This document shows, one piece after another, positions 24,469-38,167 of a stretch of 64,000 nucleotides of DNA (positions are counted from its first letter, which is position 1; every line of letters begins with the position of its first letter). The notes beneath the pieces were generated by a model, which had not been told where the DNA came from, did not search any database, and saw only the letters and a list, made by a program, of their open reading frames with translations. Both the position numbers and the translations under genes were made by a program. Origin of the DNA: Lytechinus pictus. Its lineage: Eukaryota. The DNA lies in assembly GCF_037042905.1 (NCBI RefSeq), contig NC_087250.1, forward strand, positions 11,410,001-11,474,000, given 5' to 3'.

Positions 24469-26422
24469 GTAGTTTTTCCAAAGTCACGTACGACATGCTG
24501 TTTTGATTTACGGATTTTCGATAAAGACCGTTTTGTCATGAAAGACGATTGACAATGGTTTTTGTACGTTCGGACATATTTCCCCATACTGTTTTGCACT
24601 TTACAATTACTGCGATTTCCCTCCCTTATTATCTGAAAGTTCTGTGTCACACATGCTTGACATTTTTATTAACATCTCAGTAGAAATCCAATTAAAATAA
24701 GTATAAACTATGGAGGGACAAATTTAAGAATCATAAAAAAACAAGTGTTAAAGGGTACTGGGCTTTTCCCTATTTTTCTTGTCGTATTGATATTTTTATG
24801 GGACTCTCACTGCATATTCTTTGGAGCCTTCAACCAACAAGCTCTGCTTTTACTTTTGGCTCCCTCATATCCACATCTCCCATTTTCTTTCTTTGTCATT
24901 ATTTTAAAACCAATTTCAGGAATACATTATATTACTTTTTTCTATCGTTATATTAGGTATACATTTCATATTTTACGATATTTATATATGCTTATCTATG
25001 GCAATTTGTATTGTATAATATTATTGTTTGTGTTGAGTTGTTGATTTGTTGAAAATGTGAAATGTTGATGTGAATAAACCTTGAACCTTAGCTATCTAAA
25101 TAAATGAAATAGATTTCATTGAGGATGTTAAGCGAAATGCTGAAAATTTCAAATAACAAATAAATTTTTAAGATTAGTAATAGCTTGTGAAAAAAGAGTT
25201 ATATGCCCACCACTTGCGGATCCATGGGGGGGGTGCACATCCGGCCCGTGCCCCCCCCCCCCCTTGAGAGGCATATTCTATATTCTACATTTTCATGTAA
25301 ATATGCCGTTCTAACACATATGTCCCCCCCCCCCCCTTCAAAGCGAGGACGCGTTTTTTTTTCTTGTTTTTTTTTTTTTTTTGGCTTGTTTGCTTGTGAA
25401 ATTTTCTCTGGATGAAATTACCAAAAACAAATTAGGTATAAAGTTACCTTTTTTGCTTATCAAATTTTCCCCAGAAATTGTCCCCCCCCCCCTTGGAAAA
25501 TCCTCGATCCGCCCCTGTTGCCCACCGTCATGAATATGCAATTAGTGGGCTGATGATCACTGTCCCCATCCCATTTTAATTTCTATAATGTTAGGGCCTA
25601 TTCCACAAAATCTTAATTATTTCACACTTTCATGATATAGGCCTATGTGTATGATATGTCTCTTTTCTCTATGCACAGCATTGATTATCTTATACATTAA
25701 ATCAGTAGTTCCATTTTTTCTTCTGGCGGACAAAGTAATAATGAAAATTATGATGATAATTTTTAGTATTGTTGTTGTTATTATTATCATTATTATTATT
25801 AATCTTATCAATGTTGTTGTATACAAAATATAAGTTGAAATATGACATCATCAGCTTGATCATTGCATAGTCCAGTTCATGAGAATATGGATAGAACTTT
25901 CAAGAAATAGTGCAAATAATTTTCAGCTTTTCGTTTAATATATTTTGCTTTATCTGTTCAAATCTAGGTAGGACAAAAGAAAAACAGCATTTCTACTAAA
26001 AACCATTACCTTAATATAGCATTATTATCACAGATATTGCTCAAAACTTACCTCAAAATTTCCTAAATAGTGAAAAATGAGGCTTAGATACTCAATAAAA
26101 TCATGCAATATTGGTCCGTCCCTATATGCTATACTGTGTGGGCTAGTGGCAAAAAAATAGGCATTTTAAAGTCTTTGTGCTGACCTAGGACTGTGTGAGC
26201 CACTGAGAGGAGCCGTGGAAATATGTCACATCAATAGATAATCAAATTGGCTGCCAGAAAATTCGAAGATGTCGCTTAGTCGCTATGTTGTTCACTTTAG
26301 GTATGGCAAGAAAATTTGAGGCCAACTAATTGACTTATTGGACACAATCTATACAGCACAAATCTAGTGCGATTGCCTAGCCTATCGAATCATGTTATTT
26401 TCAGATTGGAGTACCCCTCTTA

Positions 26423-26683
26423 CACAGTGAAAACAAATTATACAACGCTGTTTACTATATGAACCTTACAGTAATTGTTTAAACAGTTTAAACAACTGTT
26501 TAACTTTGTTGCTTAAGATTTAAACAGTTTAAACAACTGTTTAAATCTTAAGCAACAAAGTTTAATTTTCAATATCTAATTGTCAATAAATTAAACATGA
26601 TTGTTTAAACAGTTAAACAAATACTGTAAGGTTCATATAGTAAACAACGTTGTATAAAATCTTAAACAGCGTTTTTTTCTGTG
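26423..26683. mobile_element. Palindromic MITE (CACAGTAAAAAC.../GTTTAAAC-rich); second copy 28027-28231
   Basis: Near-complete inverted repeat; shared ACAACGCTGTTTACTATATGAACCTTACAG arm. Confidence 0.85.
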
Positions 26684-27269
26684 ACGAGGATGATATCCAC
26701 CAGAATTGTTATTTTAACACATTTCAATGATCGAATATTAAGCGCCAAACGCTAAAAATATGCATAAATTGCCTATAACTTCTGTATAGTAAAAGGCGAG
26801 ATATGGATCGGAGAGTGACGTAATAAAAAGGTACCTTGAGATGTTTGCCTTCAATTTTTTTGCGGCCAATCCCTCCTTAACCTAAAAATAATCTTGAAAA
26901 AAGCACGTTTCATTGAAGTGATGAAGTATAGGGTGCGGCGTTTTCACAGTATTGGTATGTAGCCTATTTAGCTCTTTGTGGCGTCACAATGGCAAATTGA
27001 ACGCGGTTGAGCGGAGCTAAATGCACATTGGATAAAAGTAATATACACACATTTATCCCCGATGTAGTTGTGTGTATGTGTTGGATGAGTATAATATGTG
27101 TCATGCTTTCTGTGTGTGTGTTTAGAACACGGCTGGGTGGGAAATAACAAAGACTGTCGGCTGACGAGATTATTTTTTCTTTCTAAATCAGAGCAGAGGG
27201 GAGAAAAAAGGGGACGAATTAAATCTGCGGCATTTGTGTATGTGTGTCTGCCGATAGAAGAGTTTTAGG

Positions 27270-27489
27270 CCTATAATATAATCTCACGTAGTACATCGGC
27301 TTCGCAGAATTTCTAATCTCTCACTTTCATACTCTCCGGATGTGAGTTGCAAACTTTCGGAAACCCATGATTCATAAATATTTCATAAATTGATGATCAC
27401 TTCGTCACGGATAGGACATACATGTAGGCATATCAAAGCCGCTCTGTCAACTCCTGCGTGAATATCAGACTTTTTGGCCAGGTTAATTG
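27270..27489 (+). promoter_or_regulatory. Candidate TATA promoter and non-coding first exon of the four-TM gene
   Basis: CCTATATAATA at about 27270 in unique sequence, followed by a strong TTG|GTAAGT donor at 27490. The link to the 36996 acceptor is inferred. Confidence 0.45.
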
Positions 27490-28282
27490 GTAAGTTGTGA
27501 TCATGGTATGCATTTGGTAATTTCTTTTAAAGGGCACTGTGAGACGTGTGTCTTTTAGTAATAACTTTAAATTGCTTGTGCAGTTGCAATTTCAATGATA
27601 ACCTCTTTAATGAAAAAGACAAGATGCTTCAGTATGGCTATCGATTATTATCAAATTGAAGGCTGCTGGACTTGCACAGATTGTTATATTCATAATTTGT
27701 AATGATAAATTCCTTTACCCCGATACGTCTTGTAGTCTTTAGCTTCACGTGCCTGCTTTCTGGCAGTGTCTTCTCTACCGTTCTTCTGCTTCTGTTGTAA
27801 TCTCCAAAGGGCTCTGCAGCCTACCTCGAAGATATAGGCTGCAAGAGATAGATTATATCTTGTGGAAGAGTTTATGATGCTAGGGTTCTGTTCCCTCCAT
27901 TAAAATTGAAACAAATATGTATGCATACTGTATATATAAATATATATTTGGGCCAAATTAACGAATATCACCAGCCTTTATTGTATGGCCCAAGTATTCT
28001 TTATCATCATCGTTGTCATGGCCATACACAGTAAAAACGCTGTTTAAGATTTTATACAACGCTGTTTACTATATGAGCCTTACAGTATTTGTTTAACCGT
28101 TTAAAAAATCATGTTAAATTAATCGAAGATTAGATATTGAGATATTAAGATTTAAACACTTGTTTAAACTGTTTAAATAATTACTGTAAGGTTCATACAG
28201 TAAACAGCGTTGTATATTTGTTTTACCGTGTATAATAGTCGTCGCAAAACTTATCACAATCAAGTCGCTGCTGTCCTTACCG

Positions 28283-28860
28283 CCGCCACCACCACCACCA
28301 TCATCATCACCACCACCACCATCATTAAAAGGTGTCATCATCATTGCTCCACATCATCATCCCATAATTACCACAGTCATCACAATATCACCACCGTCAT
28401 CATCATCATCATCACCACCATCATCATCACATTCACCACCATCATCATTATCATCACGACCATCATCATTATCATCACGACCATCATCATTATCATCGTC
28501 ATCACAGTCATAATCACTACCACTATCATTATCATTGCCATTATCATGAACATCACCATCATTATCACAATTTCACCACCATGCACTGTCATCAACATTA
28601 CCAACACCACCATCCTCATCGTCATCTTCTTCTTCTTCACCTGCCATTATCATCATCATCACCATTATCATCATCATCTCCATCACCATTATCATCGAAA
28701 TCATCATCATTGTCACAACCACCACAGTCATCAACATTACCATCATCATCCACATCAGCGCCTATCATCAACAACGTTAACATCATCATCATGTCATCGT
28801 CATCATGATGATAATTACAGTCGCCCTCATCAACATCAACCTAAAAATATTTCGCAGCAA
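28283..28860. repeat. Imperfect (CAT/CAC)n microsatellite
   Basis: Read directly. Confidence 0.95.
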
Positions 28861-29779
28861 CAGCATTCTACTCATTATTGACGGATCGAGGGAGGGGAGC
28901 AAATCCGGGCCGTATCCCTCCCCCCTCCCCTTGAGAGGCATAAAGAACATTTATAGTGGAAATCTTTGCACACAGGCAAGCGATAACTTTTTTCTTTTTG
29001 CTTGTCAGATTTTTCCGAACAGAATTGCCCCCCTTGCAAAAAATCTACCCATAACTGGTATCATCATCGTCATCATGAGCAATCAATAGTTTTGCCATTA
29101 TTGTCATCACCTCATCATTAAAACAGTATTTTTTTCTTTATAGGTTTCTTCTTCGTCCGTTATTTGCTATATTTTTCCACTTAAAAGATGGTCTCTAAAA
29201 TCCCGAAGAAAATTATCACCCAACGTTTTTAAAACGAATTCACTCTTGTTGGAATGTTGCTACTGTATCTATCTTCATGTATCATGATCATAGTTCTTGC
29301 ACAAATTATTGCTTTTATAGGGTCTGTGAAAAGGAGATGAAAAAATCGTGATTAAAAAAAAGGAATAAATACTGAATCGTCAACGGGGTCTTAATAAGAT
29401 GTAGAAAAGGGGGACAGGGAAGACAGATCTGAAAGGGGACGAATCAGAGTTGAGATATTCCCGTATTCTGAAGTCTTGTTTATTATGGCCTAAAGTTGTA
29501 GTTTAACTTCGGGATGCTTATGTGGCAACAATATCTAGAATTCAGGTCTTCAATGCATTATCTGACACTAAGCAACATTTGAGCCCTAAATGAAACACTT
29601 TTACCAACTTTATGGGGTATGATCTTGCACCCTAAGTGGAATAAAGCTGCCAATATGTACCTTTTTATCATTATCATTTGCACCCCGAAATGTTCGTTTG
29701 CACCCTAAAAGGTTCAACTTTACACATTTTAAGATGGATAATACTTAACATTATAAGAAAGTTCATATTGGTATATAAT

Positions 29780-30240
29780 GTACATGTAATGTAATTTATA
29801 ATTGGCAATATATGGCCATTATTCTTTCTCAAACAACATATTTGTATGTAGGGGTCCCATTATTTGGAATAAGATCCCTCAAAATATTAAGCAGTGCAAA
29901 ACACTTCAAAGCTTTAAAAGACATTTAAAAATACATGTACATTTCATGCAGAAAGTCTCATACTAATAGTAATACTGATATAGATACAATTGTATACTTT
30001 TGTTATGTTTGTTTGTTTCTGTATTTCCTTACTGCATTTGTTTTTTAATTGTGTTGTTTTGTGTTGATTTCAGTATCACTAATCTATAAGTTCCTTGTAA
30101 CTTTTCAGTGATCCTTCCACTATTCTTAAATACACTCACTTTTATTATAATGTATTTTATTGAAAAATGTATACTTCTTGATTTGTATGTTTTTTATGAA
30201 GATTGTTGTAAATAAAGTTTCAATTTCAGTTTCAATATTT
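29780..30240 (+). mobile_element. CR1/L2 (Crack-like) LINE 3' end fragment
   Basis: Remnant FVCRGPIIWNKIPQNIKQCKTLQSFKRHLK, T-rich 3'UTR, AATAAA and (TTTCAA)n tail. Confidence 0.7.
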
Positions 30241-30860
30241 GAACCTTTATTGTATGGTTCAACTCTGCACCCTATGTCTGTATATGGTGCTTAATTCAGC
30301 TACACTTCACCCTTAAAGGGGCACATTTTGAGCTTAGTAAGCCAGTTCGTAGTTCCACTCTGCGCATGATCAGAAGATTCTGCACATCAGAGGAAGGTCA
30401 TTTGTACTAAAGTGACAAGGTGGTTTAAACTTTAATGAGATGAGCACCAACCTCGATGTCTTGATTATTCATATATTCTTTTGAATAGTGTTTTTCATTC
30501 ACATCCACAAAAAACAATGCGTCCACGAATGACTGGTATATTTCACAGTTTGCCAAGTACATTGTACAACATTCTCTAATATGCATTCAAAGTAGAAATG
30601 CAACAGATACCTTCATAGAGTGCTCATTGATGTGCTATTATAGTCACCTGGTCTATTCAATTTCTTCATCCCGATATGTAAGGCATACATACTTAATATC
30701 TTGCTTTGAAATCTCAATGAAAGAAATAAAAGGTCATTTGACCAAAATTGTCCATGAAGTAACTACGAACTGGTCTATTGCACCCAGCACCGTTATAGGG
30801 GTGCTGCTATTGTACCGACCCTTTGGGTTCATATTTGGACCCTTATTTCTTATACATGTA

Positions 30861-31017
30861 CCTTGGTCACATTTGCTCTACGGCGGCCGTACGGCGAGTC
30901 GAAAACAGCCGTTTTAATAATTTTAATTCAAACCACCTATATGTAGTTGGTACAAAAAATGTTAAACGGCTGTTTTCGACTCGCCGTACGGCCGCCGTAG
31001 AGCAAATGTGACCAAGG
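30861..31017. mobile_element. Young hairpin MITE with perfect about 54-bp TIRs and TA TSD; partial extra arm at 31033-31061
   Basis: CCTTGGTCACATTTGCTCTACGGCGGCCGTACGGCGAGTCGAAAACAGCCGTTT and its exact reverse complement. Confidence 0.92.
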
Positions 31018-31969
31018 TACTGCATAAGACATTGGTCACATTTGCTCTACGGCGGCCGTACATACGGCATTTGCGTGTAAATCATTAGGCCTACAAAAAA
31101 ATCAATGATCAATACACAATTTTTTTTTCTTCAAATCATGGAAGGAATCCAGTTAATACAAGAAGAATTACAGTTTAGATTCTTGTCAATCACTTCTCAT
31201 GAAATGTACTGTAGTTGATGAGGTTATACGTATACCTACCTTTTTTATTCATGTAGGCCTATCTATTTTTTTTACATTAATAATAACATGATCAATAGTG
31301 TTTCCATGTTTTTGTATTACGCTGATATGTTTATGTCTTACCCTGTTTTTCGATATATGCCTGTTATTATATGCCAATTATTGTAATTACAATTTTATCA
31401 TGTTTTTAATACACCAGGACCAAGATGCAAATTAGTAATTTTATCTATGATCTTGTGAACCTGTTTAAATATGTTTGAATAAATAAATAAATAATTCAGC
31501 CCAGACAACAGACCATGTCCTAATTAAGTTAATAAACCAGACTCCCGATTACGGGCAATAGAATTAAATTGCATTCACAAATTATGTAAAACTGTCTGTT
31601 CATATCAACAAGTTCTTCAATTGTTTCTTTGACTGCATGGTTATGGGGTCATTTCAATTTTCTGTAATCTTTACTTGTTGATCTATGATACACACATGAA
31701 ATTCTAAATGGAATCACCAGAGGAAAAAAAAGCATATGCAGTGGCCTTGTTGTGGATTCCATTGGTTGATGTACCGTAAAGGGAAACCATCGTTTTCTAT
31801 TCCTTAGAAATATAGAAAGGAAGTGCTATAGATTAGTGAATATTCTCCGAAATCGTAAAAAATATCGATTTTTTTTGATAGGCCAAATAACATGTAGAAG
31901 AAAATAACCTTGGTTTTTCAGCGCTTGAATGTCTGAATAAACCTTTTACTGGGTCTCTCACTATTTTAA

Positions 31970-32535
31970 AGGGATGGTCCAGGCCGGAAGAAGTTTATAT
32001 CTCAATAAATAGAGTAAAATTCACAAAGCAAAATGCTGAAAATTGATCAAAATCGGATAACAAATAACGAAGTAATTAAACTTTAAAGATTTGCATTATT
32101 CCGGTGAAACAGTTCTAGTCATGTCTTCATGAATATTCATTGGTTGGGCTGATGATGTCCTATCCCCACTTTTTATTTTGTATTTTATTATATAGATTCA
32201 GATTTTTCAAAATCTTTCTACCAAGAACTAAAATAATTGGATTGACTTATATCATCATAAAAGAGACGCATCATTTGCTCATGTATGAAAAAATGAAACA
32301 GTTATTATTTCATGTAATAAAATAAGAAAAAGAGAAGTGGGGATATGACATCATCAGCCCACCTAATAAATATTCATGACAATGTGCATTTAACTCTTTT
32401 CACAAAATATTGATAAATTTTGAAATTCAATAACTTCGTTATTTGTTATCTAATTTTGATGAAATTTTCAGCATTTTGCTTTGTGAATTTTACTCTATTT
32501 ATTAGATATAACTATTTTCAGCGCGGACCATCCCT
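31970..32535. mobile_element. Kolobok-like MITE related to 1629-2483
   Basis: TTAA|AGGGATGGTCC ... GGACCATCCCT|TTAA. Confidence 0.88.
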
Positions 32536-32778
32536 TTAAGGGTAGGTAATTGGCAACGAAACTTAAGTAAAGTACTAAGAGGCCTCAAAGCATTTCAGGA
32601 ATGGACGAAAATAGTCATTGTTATAGGAAAATCGTAATGATAAAACGTTTCAAGTCTTACACTACATTATATTGTCCAGGGGAATAGCTGTTCTCAGCAT
32701 AAATGGGGGAAATAATTAAAATGGCATGAATATTCATGAGGGCATCCAAAGGCACTGTATTCGGTACCCTCGGGTTAA

Positions 32779-33369
32779 ATGTCTAGTCCATCCCAGATAA
32801 AGAATGATTTGAATAAAAAAAAAATCAAAGAAACATAACTCTGAACATTTCATCGAATTCGGATGTAAAATAAGGAAGTTATGACATTTTAAAGTTTCAC
32901 TTATTTTTCACAAAACAGTTATGTGCACAACTCAGTGATATGCAAATGAGAGAGTCGATGATGTCCCTCACTATTTCTTTTTTATTGTTTAAAGTGTACA
33001 ACATTTCAATTTTTACAGATTTGACAATAAGGACCCTCTTTCTTGAACCACACAATGTTATACAGTTATAATCACACATTTTCATGTAGGATTCAAACTT
33101 CGTCTCACATGACAGTGAGGAGAAAATTACAATATTTCATATTCCATGTAATGAAATACAAAATAAAAAGTGAGTGGATGATGTCATCAGTTTCTTCATT
33201 TGCAGACCGACCAGGATGTGAATATAACTATTTTGTGAAATCAAACAAAACTTTAAAACGTCATAACTTTCTCATTTTACATCCGATTGTAATGAAATTC
33301 TCTGGGCTATATTTGTTTCATATTTATCTTTTTATTCAAACCAACTTTTTGGTGGGGTGGACTTGTCCT
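32779..33369. mobile_element. Copy of the 4288-4891 MITE family
   Basis: Colinear similarity; right end TGGGGTGGACTTGTCCT|TTAA. Confidence 0.88.
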
Positions 33370-34829
33370 TTAATCTTATCAGCGAATAAGCCAGTTCACG
33401 GTTAGCTCATGATCAACTTTTCTCAAATGACCTTTGTGATTTTTCATTAGGATAAGCACTATCATTTCCAAATGTAGATGTTGCGTAAGCTTTACCGGTA
33501 GAGTATTCAAATTCTAAGAACAAAGGCATTGTATAGACCAGGTGACTAGAATAGTACATCAGGGATAAAGTTTGGAAATCTGTTTTATTGTCTGCCTTTG
33601 GCACATTTGACTATTGTTTAGGCTACTGTCAAATACCAGTGATTATGAAGGCTCTATTTATAACTCTTCAGCTTGGATGTGATAAATATTTTGAAAGGAA
33701 TACATGAATAATCATCAAATCACAAATGCCTATGTCAGTGAATTTGAAAGCCACCTTCGTGGTTGTCTCCAATGCCCTTTTTCTGCTCGTGCGCAGTTTA
33801 CAACCGTGAACAGGCTTATTGCGTGTGTATGTTCTCTCGTACTTCAGAGGAAACAACTTGAATAGCAAAATAGTATTTCATTCAAAAGACCATTATTTTC
33901 GTTATTTCTGTTTGTTCAATTTCATCAATAGCTACGTCATTTAAAAGGATAAACATTGAACTTTCATTTTATCTTCTTAATTTATTGGTATCTCTACAAA
34001 TCCTCAGGTTATTTACTCTTTGAAATGTTCATGAAATTATAATTTCTAGGTTTTACTTATTGAAAAAAAAAACACTATGTAAAATATTAAATTGCGTTAT
34101 GCAGACACACTGGTAGGGCAGTTTTCTAGCTGAAGTGGCTACCCTGGGTAAATAAAACGTAAATTAGTATCGCTTCATTTTTATTCATTGATACGGCATA
34201 CATATTTTAACAATTACATTATCTGCACGATAATATTATCTGCCTTCTTGATAAATCTTAGTAAACATACTTGCCCTTTAAGTTTTATGTCGTGGGTTAT
34301 CAATAAACATTAGTGCGTCAAGGAGAACTCAAATATATTTGCTTGAATCATTGGAAGTGTATTATTGCAGAGTAAATATGATCAGCAAAAGAAGAATAGG
34401 TTACAAGAAATACCATACGCCCGTGACATTTTGAACTGCTTAGCTCAACCATGTCAATATGCTTTCTTTACATTTGAAATGCATTTAGTGAGGAAAAATG
34501 GATTCCAGGTAAATTAGAAAAGGCTTCATGCAAATTAGAACACAAGCAAAAAAAAATAAAGCTGAAGAAATAATAAACAAAATTGATTAATAACAGAAAG
34601 TGAACTATCCAGTCTTGGAGGGGTTAGATGTGCATGCGTCTGTGGGTGAGTGAGGGTTTGTGTGTGTTTAGGGGAAGGGTGCACATCTTAAAGACCAAAT
34701 ATTACTACATCTTTCCTATTTATATATCTAATTTTTATTTTTTTGTTAATTGCATACAAGGCACTAATTGGCCAAGCCCCCAGTAATATTTGGGAGCAAA
34801 ATATACATAAACATCAACAACATACACAG

Positions 34830-35125
34830 TTCTCAATTTTAATTTGCTGCTCAAAATCCCCACTTGTAAAACAAAGATTATTTTAGGAGTACGTGTATTC
34901 GCATTGACAGCCACTACATTTTTTGATAACTTGCCACATGAAATTAGATCTTCTCCATCAGTAGAAACATTTAAACTTAGATTAAAGACGCATCTTCGCC
35001 AATTTCCATACATTTCCTTTCCTTTTTTAAATTTGGTTTGCCAAGCATTTCAGGAGCTCTTACTGCCCAGAGGAATGTATTTACAACAATTTTGCGCTGT
35101 ATAAATCAGTACATTTATTATCATC
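34830..35125 (+). mobile_element. L2-clade LINE 3' end
   Basis: LLKIPTCKTKIILGVRVFALTATTFFDNLPHEIRSSPSVETFKLRLKTHL matches the L2 ORF2 C-terminus pattern; GCGCTGTATAAAT tail runs into (ATT)n. Confidence 0.85.
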
Positions 35126-35154
35126 AGTATTATTATCATTATTACTAATTGTTG

Positions 35155-35226
<72 letters not shown>

Positions 35227-35335
35227 ATAATATTATTATTATTAGTAGTAGTATTATCATTATTGTTGTTATTATTATTACTATTATTATTGTCGTTCAC
35301 GGTTGCTGTTGTTGTTAATATCATTATTATAAATA
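35115..35335. repeat. (ATT)n microsatellite expanded from the LINE tail
   Basis: Read directly. Confidence 0.95.
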
Positions 35336-36289
35336 GTTATTTAAAGTGCACTAGGTGAAGTCATATAAGCAATATTGTGTAATGATTCTGAGATCTTAAA
35401 TCTACCAGAACAGAAAATGTAATAATTCGCCATGGTTCAACTTTTCCCAGGGATATTCAACAAACGTACAATATGTGTACCCTGGGTTGTCGATCAATCT
35501 GTACATAAACTGCAATGATCCATGCCTTATTCATATTCATCATTTTGATGGGCAATTCACTTTGATACAGTCCATATCACAACAATGCCCTTTCTGCAAT
35601 AATGGCTCAGTTTGAAGTCACAATAAGAAATCAGATCAAGTGCGTGAATAAATACCGAGAACAAATAACGCCACAGGTTATTGAAACGGTCCCACCGTCT
35701 GGGCTTTCGAAGTGTTGATACATGCTCGTCGATTGCTTTGTGCATTCACATGTAATGTGTTTAACTGGTATACCTTTTGGTAAAAAATACTGGAATTCTG
35801 TAAATGGACAGATAATTATGTAACAGTGTAATATTAAAATCTGTATAAAGCATTAGAACTAAAATCCGTTAAGAGTAATCAAATGAAGGATACATTGAAT
35901 TATCATTTTATATTTCAATGCCAGATACATGTATATGCTGTTGCCGTTTATCATCTCAAATCTATTGATTCCCTTGTGAAAATAGGAATTTTAGTATATA
36001 TCACGCCCTCTCGCTATTGTTTTAATTTCCTTTAAATTGGCGACGGGAAAATCGCCCCTTCTCAATCATAATACTTATAAAATGATATATCTCGAATTAT
36101 ATGTCATTGTGTTCTTAGTATTCATCAACGATTTTTCCTTATTAGTGCCTCCATTTCGCGCTCACGGTGGTCAGCAATACATATTTATTCGTTCACAAAA
36201 CAAGTATCGAAGGATTGCTGCTAATACTTGTAGTAATACCCGTCCTTGTGGATCATTGTATTTAAAGTTGTGACAGTGGAAGTATTTTA

Positions 36290-36469
36290 TGCTGCTGGTG
36301 GTAGTAAATCTAAAGGAGCAGTAGTGGTGGTAGTAGTGGTAGCAATATCAGTAGAAGTAGTAGTAGTAGTAGTAGTAGTACGTAGTAGTACGTAGTAGTA
36401 GTAGGAGTAGAAGTAGTAGTAGTGGTAGTTGTTGTGGTAGTTGTTGTAGTAGCAGTAGTTAGTAGTAGC

Positions 36470-36522
<53 letters not shown>

Positions 36523-36757
36523 GAGGAGGGGGAGGAGGAGTGGTGGTAGTAGTAGTATCAACACCAGCTTCCTTTCCTTGTCTGCCACACTCTTTAGTCA
36601 TCATGTGGAAGTCTTGAAGGTGATGTATCTTCGTTTGGCATACAGGTTGGCATAGTTAAAGGGTGAAGAGCAGTGGAAACAAAAAGTGTAGTAGAAGAAG
36701 GAGGTGGAGAAGAAGAAGTAGTAGTAGTAGTAGTAGTAATAGTAGTAGTAATAGTAA

Positions 36758-36791
<34 letters not shown>

Positions 36792-36816
36792 GGTGGTGGT
36801 GGTGGTGGTGTTGGTG

Positions 36817-36847
<31 letters not shown>

Positions 36848-36960
36848 AAGTAGTAGTAGTAGTAGTAGTAGTACATGTTGTAGTAATAGTAGAAGTATTG
36901 TCAACAACAGCAGAAGTAATCATTATTATCATAATAATGTTTACTTCTGCTGTTGTTGAT
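36290..36960. repeat. Compound (GTA/GTG)n microsatellite in two blocks
   Basis: Read directly. Confidence 0.95.
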
Positions 36961-37014
36961 ACTAATTCTATGGTACGCCTTTCCATTCTCTTCAGGCACA
37001 AACCTTTCTCAACC

Positions 37015-37236
37015 ATGTGCAAGTGTTGCAAGTGCTGCAGCTTCGATTCGCTAGGATGCAGACTTCGGACCCTCAAGGCCTTTGGCGCCATCCTCTTCGT
37101 CTTTGGGACGTTGTTCGCCCTGGCCGGAATCACCATCGGGTTTCTCTCCGACCTATACTTTAACGTCATCTCTCTACCGGATGTCTTCCCTGAATACATC
37201 CTCTATTCTTACCTGGTGGTGTCTACAGGTGTAGTG
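37015..37236 (+). CDS. Four-TM (MS4A/tetraspan-like topology) membrane glycoprotein, coding exon 1 (MCKCCKCC..., TM1, start of TM2)
   Basis: Acceptor TTCTCTTCAG at 36995, branch-point-like CTAAT at 36962, ACCATG Kozak context, 74 codons, GTG|GTAAGT donor in phase 0. Confidence 0.88.
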
Positions 37237-37321
37237 GTAAGTTTCCCTAGGACCTGTAAGAAGCTGTTTTCAGCGCCTCCGTCGGCACTAAATGTCTTTG
37301 GCAGTGACCCCAATCTGGAAG

Positions 37322-37589
37322 AAAAATGTTTCTGTTTCTGTTTATGGTGACTCCCGTAGGAACTCGGCAGGGAAGCATGTTGCTGGTAAACGCCAAGCTG
37401 GTATATAACCAATTACCTAAGAAACATTTTACGTCTAGGTTAATCAGTCATAATTGCTGACCTTGTAGCTAGACGACAGATATTACTCTCGGGCCTTTTT
37501 AACAAAGTGGAGACAATGGCTGAGTGGGGATTCGAACTCACAAGTCACAACCTTGCGACTATAAGTCCAATGCTCTAACCACTGGACCA
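37322..37589 (-). mobile_element. tRNA-derived SINE
   Basis: Minus strand GGTCCAGTGGTTAGAGC...AGTTCGAATCCCC; body matches 44542-44793; (GAAACA)n tail. Confidence 0.85.
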
Positions 37590-37661
37590 GTAGTAGTCAC
37601 TGAAGCAGCTCTTCCAAGCTAAACTGGGATTGGATGTGATGTGACGGCAGGTGGTCATTAT

Positions 37662-38088
37662 GTCACCCTGACAAGGTTTATTGTGAAAATAGCAGAAAAA
37701 ATCCATCAAAGAATTAAAAAGTTATTAGAATTTAAAATATTTGATTTGTGACATTATATGCCAACATCATTCCTACATAGCGAATGGTAAACAAAAATAA
37801 ATGAAATGTAATTTTTTCAGAAAATTAAAAATGGTTTTTACTACACCTTTTTTATATCATTATACAAATATTTCACACCCGATCATGAATAGAGAGCAAA
37901 AATAAGTCATCTGAAACCATTTGAAAAAATAAAAAATTCAAGCATTATTATTTCAAATAACATGTGGGTCAGTTGCTCGTTTATGACGTCACAAATCAAA
38001 AACTTGAAATTATAATAACTTTCTTAATCTTTAACCGATATTCCTCACACCTTCACCAATATAGATTTCTTCAGGGTGAACTTCCCCT
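37662..38088. mobile_element. Kolobok-like MITE ending CAGGGTGAACTTCCCCT|TTAA; related fragment about 55500-55912
   Basis: Shared right end and internal similarity. Confidence 0.65.
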
Positions 38089-38107
38089 TTAATCATTTTT
38101 TTTTCAG

Positions 38108-38167
38108 GCAGTGGGTACCGGAGTCGTTGCTATATACATCGCCAAGACAATGACTGACGATGACTGG
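38108..38167 (+). CDS. Four-TM membrane glycoprotein, coding exon 2 (AVGTGVVAIYIAKTMTDDDW)
   Basis: Poly-T CAG acceptor, 60 nt in phase 0/0, TGG|GTAAGT donor; completes TM2. Confidence 0.85.

Noticed and set aside
28114..28881. His/Ile/Thr-rich ORFs
   Set aside because: Translations of a (CAT)n microsatellite.
36287..37199. Poly-Thr/Val/Leu ORFs including the 201-aa minus ORF and the poly-Val N-terminus of the 225-aa ORF
   Set aside because: Microsatellite-derived; only the part after the 36995 acceptor is credible.
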